Source of the DNA: Candidatus Oleincola secundus
GTDB taxonomy: Bacteria; Atribacterota; Phoenicimicrobiia; Phoenicimicrobiales; Stramentimicrobiaceae
Direction: 5' to 3'
Assembly: GCA_018400815.1 (NCBI GenBank)
Contig: JAGYLS010000024.1
Location: forward strand, 1 to 21,680
Length of the DNA stretch: 21,680 nt
Shown: one piece after another, positions 17,298 to 21,680 of the stretch
Layout of the letters: each line of letters starts with the position of its first letter
How positions within the stretch are numbered: the stretch's first letter is position 1
Made by a program: the position numbers and the translations under genes
The notes under the pieces: generated by a model
The model's database searches: none
What the model saw: the letters and a program-made list of their open reading frames with translations, nothing else
What the model was told of the DNA's origin: nothing

Positions 17298-19400
17298 CTA
17301 TGATTCTGATTCATTCTCTTTTTTAGCTTTTTCTACAATTTCCTGGGCAATTTGGGAAGGAACTTCCTCATAATGTGAAAATTTCATCGTAAAGGTACCT
17401 CTACCCTGGGTAATAGAACGCAAATCAATAGAATATCTGAATATTTCCGCTTGAGCAACCTGTGCACGAATAATTTGTCTACCTTTTTCTGATTCTTCCA
17501 TTCCCATAATCTTTCCTCGTTTACTGTTTAAATCCCCGATAATATCTCCCATATAATCTTTTGGAACAGTTACTGCCAGCTCATAAATTGGTTCTAAAAG
17601 AATAGGATTTGCCTGAGCAGCTCCTTTTTTGAATGCCATAGATCCAGCAACCTTAAAAGCCATTTCCGATGAATCAACGGTATGGTAACTTCCATCATAT
17701 AATGTTGCCTTAATATCTACGGTGGGATAGCCTGCAAATACTCCTTTTTTCATGGCTTCTATAATACCTTTTTCGACTGCCGGACGATATTGTTTTGGTA
17801 TTACACCACCAACTATCTTATCTAAAAACTCAAAACTCTTTCCTCGTTCTTGGGGCTCAAACTCTACAAAACAATGTCCATATTGCCCCCGACCTCCGGA
17901 TTGTTTTTTATATTTTCCTTCTGCCTGTATCTTTTTACGTATTGTTTCTTTGTAGCCAACTTTTGGTGTACTCTTTTCTATTTCCACACCAAATTTCGTT
18001 TCCATTGTTTCAATAACTACATCCAAGTGAGATTCTCCCATACCAGCAATAATAGTCTCTCCGGTGTCTTCATCCCGATAAACTTGAATAGTTGGTTCCT
18101 CTTCTACAATACGGTTAATAGCAATACTAAGCTTATCCTCGTCACCCTTACTCTTGGGAAATATTGCAAATTTCATAATTGGCTCAGGATAGTCAATCCT
18201 ATTGAATTCAATGGGATGTTCTTTATCACATAGAGTATCCCCGGTGTTTGTTTTCTTTAGCTTAGCAATAGCACCAATACCTCCGGGTATTACTTTAGAA
18301 ACAGGGGCCTGTTCTTTCCCCTGCATTCTGTAAATTTTGGCAACCTTATTTTCAATATCATGAGTTGCATTGTAGACAGAAGAATCTGAACTTAATTCTC
18401 CAGAGAAAACTCTAAAATAGGTTAAGTTCCCCACATAGGGATCTGCTACAGTCTTAAATACCAGGGCAGAAAACGGTGTTTCATTCAATGAGCGTTTTAT
18501 CTTTATATTCTTTTGCTCTTTTAAATCTTTTACTTCAATTTCCGGTAAATCAACCGGACTTGGAAAATAATCTTTTATAAAATCAAGTAGCAATTCAATG
18601 CCGATATTCTTAGTAGCTGAACCGCATAATACTGGAAAAACTTTTCTTTCTATCATTCCACCTCTTAGGCAAGAAAGAATTTCTTCCTGGCTCAGCTCTT
18701 CTCCGTCAAGATATTTCATCAATATTTCATCATCGTATTCTGTAACTGCTTCTATCATCTTTTGACGGTATTCATTTGTTTTTTCTTTTAGGTCATCCGG
18801 AATATCTTTCTCCTCAAACTGACTTTTGCCTTCAGAGCCTGGTTTAAAATAATATGCTTTCAACTTTAACAAGTCAATAACTCCTTCAAAAGTCTCCTCT
18901 GATCCTATTGGCAGCTGTATTGGAACTGCATTTTGTCCGAAATAATCTTTAATCATCTGACTAGTCCGATTAAAATCAGCTCTTTCCCTGTCCATTTTAT
19001 TAATAAAGAAAATACTTGGTAATTTAAATTCTTCGGAATAATCCCAGACTTTCTCAGTCTGAACTTCCACACCAGATACACCACAAACAACTATTAACGC
19101 AGTATCCACTACACGTAAAGTTGTTTTTGTATCGATTATAAAATCGAGATATCCCGGTGTGTCAATAATATTAAAAGTTGAGTCTTTCCAATTAAGATAA
19201 GCTAAGGAAGAATTTATAGTTATACCCCTCTTGGTTTCTTTTGGATCATAGTCAGAAACGGTATTGCCTTGTTCTATCTTTCCTAACCGAGTTATCATAT
19301 TCGAGTCATAAAGCATTGCTTCAGTCAGGGAGGTCTTACCGGAATCTCCATGACCAACAACTGCAAAAGTTCTTACCTTGTCAACATCATTTTTAGTCAC
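17298..19400 (-). CDS. fusA: Elongation factor G paralogue (EF-G2-like)
   Basis: G1 GHGDSGKT, RGITI, DTPGYLDF, NKMD, domain IV KKQSGGRGQYG, DGSYHTVDSSEMAF. GTG start with SD AAGGAGG; located outside the str operon. Confidence 0.92.
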   Translation of the reverse strand: MTKNDVDKVRTFAVVGHGDSGKTSLTEAMLYDSNMITRLGKIEQGNTVSDYDPKETKRGITINSSLAYLNWKDSTFNIIDTPGYLDFIIDTKTTLRVVDTALIVVCGVSGVEVQTEKVWDYSEEFKLPSIFFINKMDRERADFNRTSQMIKDYFGQNAVPIQLPIGSEETFEGVIDLLKLKAYYFKPGSEGKSQFEEKDIPDDLKEKTNEYRQKMIEAVTEYDDEILMKYLDGEELSQEEILSCLRGGMIERKVFPVLCGSATKNIGIELLLDFIKDYFPSPVDLPEIEVKDLKEQKNIKIKRSLNETPFSALVFKTVADPYVGNLTYFRVFSGELSSDSSVYNATHDIENKVAKIYRMQGKEQAPVSKVIPGGIGAIAKLKKTNTGDTLCDKEHPIEFNRIDYPEPIMKFAIFPKSKGDEDKLSIAINRIVEEEPTIQVYRDEDTGETIIAGMGESHLDVVIETMETKFGVEIEKSTPKVGYKETIRKKIQAEGKYKKQSGGRGQYGHCFVEFEPQERGKSFEFLDKIVGGVIPKQYRPAVEKGIIEAMKKGVFAGYPTVDIKATLYDGSYHTVDSSEMAFKVAGSMAFKKGAAQANPILLEPIYELAVTVPKDYMGDIIGDLNSKRGKIMGMEESEKGRQIIRAQVAQAEIFRYSIDLRSITQGRGTFTMKFSHYEEVPSQIAQEIVEKAKKENESES

Positions 19401-19436
19401 CCTCGTTCCTCCTTGAAATTATAAATTATCAAAACT

Positions 19437-19465
19437 ATTCTATCAAAGAATATTAAATATGGCAA
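19437..19465 (-). promoter_or_regulatory. Candidate sigma70 promoter for the EF-G paralogue
   Basis: TTGCCA-17 bp-TAGAAT with an extended -10 TG. Confidence 0.65.
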
Positions 19466-19555
19466 AAGATAGTTAAAATAGAAAATTATTCAGAACTTAT
19501 TTGCCTATACTATCCTTAAATATTGACTTTACTATATTTATCAAATATTTTTCAT

Positions 19556-19800
19556 TAGTAAATATCGCACCCGCAAAGCGGGTGGCTTTAAGAACCCCTA
19601 AAAGAGGTTTAACTTTTTAGCTCTTTTTTCTTCGATATTTTATTTACACTTTAGCTATAATATTTCTAAGCAATCGTACTTCCAACTTTGGACTTCAGGT
19701 GAAAAATTGTCATCTAGCTACTCTTAATCTTTTTATGGTAAAACCATTTATTTAACCATTACCACCTTTAAAGAAGGAGGTTTTTTATGGTTAAATAAAA
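19556..19800 (-). mobile_element. ~245-bp repeated element, copy 2 (most complete; probable IS200/IS605-type MITE)
   Basis: Inverted copy of 2237-2468. Hairpin CACCCGC-AAA-GCGGGTG at 19568-19584, then AACCCC-TAAAA-GAGGTT; long terminal hairpin at 19747-19799. Confidence 0.6.
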
Positions 19801-19803
19801 CCG

Positions 19804-20673
19804 CTAAATAGTCCACAAATATCCTAATCTTTCAAAAACATTCCTTACCTTATCAAGATAATTTGGTAATTGCACTTCTTGCACCTTGGGTTCAACTATT
19901 AAAGCACCATCATATTTTATTATTTTCAAAAAATAAATCAACGAAATCCATGGAAACAAACCCTCTTCGGGTAATAAGTGTAAATCTTCCTTACCGTTAT
20001 TGTCGTGTACATGTACATGCAATAAATTTTTCTGCCAGTTAATGGGTTCTTTCTCTAGGCTTAGCTTGCCTCTTTCATTACCTTGTTGATTGAGAAGATA
20101 ATGCCCAGTGTCAAGGCATACGCCTAAATGTTCTGATGATATATTTTCTATAATCTGCTGAATTTCTGTCCACCGGTCTCCCAACCTTCCGGGAAGGGTG
20201 TTTTCAAGCGCAATTTTTATATTCCATTGTTTACAAAATTCAGCAATTTCCTTTAAACTGCTAACACAGTGATTCATTCTAATCTTCCTATCATCCGAAT
20301 TATTGTACTTTCCCCCCGGATGAATAACAACCAATTCAGCATTTAATCTAAATGCCACCATAATTGCTTTTTCTATTTCTCTGATTGATTTTACCCTATC
20401 GTATTCTTCCGGATGGGATATATCGACACCATTCATAGGCATATGGACAGATTTGACGGATATATTAAAATATTCAATTCTTTTTTTCAGTTTATCAATT
20501 AATTCAGGATCTTGACATTCAAAATGACCAATATGAGGCCTGATTTCAATATTTCTAATATCTGCATCATCCAAATAAGGTAATAATTTTTCTATATACT
20601 CATGGTAATAAACCATGGTTGATATACCAAAGTTTAAATTCATATGTTTTTTATCCCTAATTTTATTAATCAC
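19804..20673 (-). CDS. Sugar phosphate isomerase/epimerase family (xylose isomerase-like/AP endonuclease 2 TIM barrel)
   Basis: Metal-binding motifs SVHMP, IHPG, IALEN, VCLDTGH, HVHVHDNNG..DLHLLP, IVE. The start may instead be the ATG at 20643. Confidence 0.85.
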   Translation of the reverse strand: MINKIRDKKHMNLNFGISTMVYYHEYIEKLLPYLDDADIRNIEIRPHIGHFECQDPELIDKLKKRIEYFNISVKSVHMPMNGVDISHPEEYDRVKSIREIEKAIMVAFRLNAELVVIHPGGKYNNSDDRKIRMNHCVSSLKEIAEFCKQWNIKIALENTLPGRLGDRWTEIQQIIENISSEHLGVCLDTGHYLLNQQGNERGKLSLEKEPINWQKNLLHVHVHDNNGKEDLHLLPEEGLFPWISLIYFLKIIKYDGALIVEPKVQEVQLPNYLDKVRNVFERLGYLWTI

Positions 20674-20702
20674 TACTGTATTATACGTATTAATTATTTT
20701 CC

Positions 20703-21680
20703 CTATTCTGACTCCTTTGAAGATAAATATTCCAGGTATTTTTCTGCAAAAAATGCAGCACTCGCACCTTCACCACAGGCAGTAACAACTTGACGAAGTA
20801 CCTTAGCTCGAACATCTCCGCAGGCAAACATTCCCTCTACCGCTGTCATCATACACTCATCAGTTAAGATATACCCTTTTTCGTTAATAATCTTATCCTT
20901 GAGAGAGCCTAATGAAGGATGGGTTGGTGAATAACCGGTAAAAATGAAAACTCCCTGACAGGGAAAAATAATTTCTTGTTCATTTGTGACATTTTTTAAT
21001 TGCACTGCTTCTACCTGGTCATTTCCCTTAATTTCCCTCACGATTGAGTGCCAGATAAAATTTATTTTCGGATTCGCAAAAGCACGTTCCTGAAGTATTT
21101 TCGCAGCTCTTAACTCACCCCGGCGATGGACAACATGAACTTTACTGGCAAACTTAGTCAAAAATAAGGATTCCTCTATAGCTGCATCCCCTCCTCCAAC
21201 GACAATAATTTCTTTTCCACGGAAAAAGGCTCCATCACAGGTTGCACAGTAGGAAACACCTCTTCCTCTAAATTTATCCTCCCCGGGAACTCCCAATTGA
21301 CTGGCCTGGGCACCTGATGCAATAATGATTGATTTAGATTGAAAAATATTAGTATTTGTCTTAACCTGAAAATGTTTTTCTTCTTCCTTGTCTCCTTGAT
21401 CAATTTCCAATACCGTATCATTTGTTATTTCCAATCCGAATCCTCTTGCTTGTTTTTCAAATCTTTGCATTAGATCAGGACCCAAAATACCTTCCGGAAA
21501 ACCAGGGTAATTTTCAATCACTTCAGTTAAGATGGCTTGCCCTCCAGGCAATCCCTTTTCTAACAATAATACATTAATCCGGGAACGACTAAGGTAAATA
21601 CCTGCTGTCAATCCGGCAGGACCGCCTCCTACAATAATTGTTTCATATATTTCATTATGTTTTAAATCTTGTTTATTCAT
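20703..21680 (-). CDS. trxB: Thioredoxin-disulfide reductase
   Basis: GGGPAG FAD motif, GRGVSYCATCDG redox centre, GGGDAA NADPH motif, VHRR, FACGDVR; start lies at the window edge. Confidence 0.95.
   Translation of the reverse strand: MNKQDLKHNEIYETIIVGGGPAGLTAGIYLSRSRINVLLLEKGLPGGQAILTEVIENYPGFPEGILGPDLMQRFEKQARGFGLEITNDTVLEIDQGDKEEEKHFQVKTNTNIFQSKSIIIASGAQASQLGVPGEDKFRGRGVSYCATCDGAFFRGKEIIVVGGGDAAIEESLFLTKFASKVHVVHRRGELRAAKILQERAFANPKINFIWHSIVREIKGNDQVEAVQLKNVTNEQEIIFPCQGVFIFTGYSPTHPSLGSLKDKIINEKGYILTDECMMTAVEGMFACGDVRAKVLRQVVTACGEGASAAFFAEKYLEYLSSKESE

Noticed and set aside
17113..17373. 86-aa + strand ORF
   Set aside because: Antisense shadow of the 27-aa peptide gene and the fusA 3' end; no SD.
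19556..19740. Repeat as an IscB omega-RNA/HEARO or TnpB guide locus
   Set aside because: Only the terminal hairpin is reminiscent; no downstream scaffold motifs that I recognise and no nuclease ORF adjacent.
1735..21421. Short opposite-strand or alternate-frame ORFs inside the large genes (e.g. 3516-3926, 7113-7619, 14852-15196, 15580-15921, 17850-18233)
   Set aside because: They lie within well-conserved genes and have no motifs or RBS; typical shadow ORFs.
1..21680. CRISPR array or rRNA
   Set aside because: No regularly spaced direct repeats or rRNA-like sequence seen.

Overview
Low-GC bacterial housekeeping region dominated by translation genes. The + strand carries a class A penicillin-binding protein. 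The - strand carries, in transcription order: trxB, a TIM-barrel isomerase/epimerase-family gene, an EF-G paralogue (EF-G2-like), an unannotated 27-aa membrane peptide, leuS, ssb, a six-tRNA operon (Val-Asp-Phe-Gly-Cys-Val), thrS, infC-rpmI-rplT, pheS-pheT, cvpA and mutS2 (3' quarter multiply frameshifted, probably homopolymer errors). The most striking feature is the leuS T-box riboswitch (CUC specifier), which carries a complete tRNA-Ala(GGC) gene nested as the loop of its Stem III, between the specifier domain and the antiterminator. The pheS T-box (UUC specifier) lacks the usual distal T-loop platform. thrS has no T-box, but a hairpin with a tRNA-Thr-like GGU loop sits just before its RBS. 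infC and cvpA both appear to use non-canonical start codons (ATA, ATT). A ~235-bp hairpin-ended repeat resembling an IS200/IS605 MITE occurs as two inverted copies plus one fragment. All calls are from manual reading; no searches were run.
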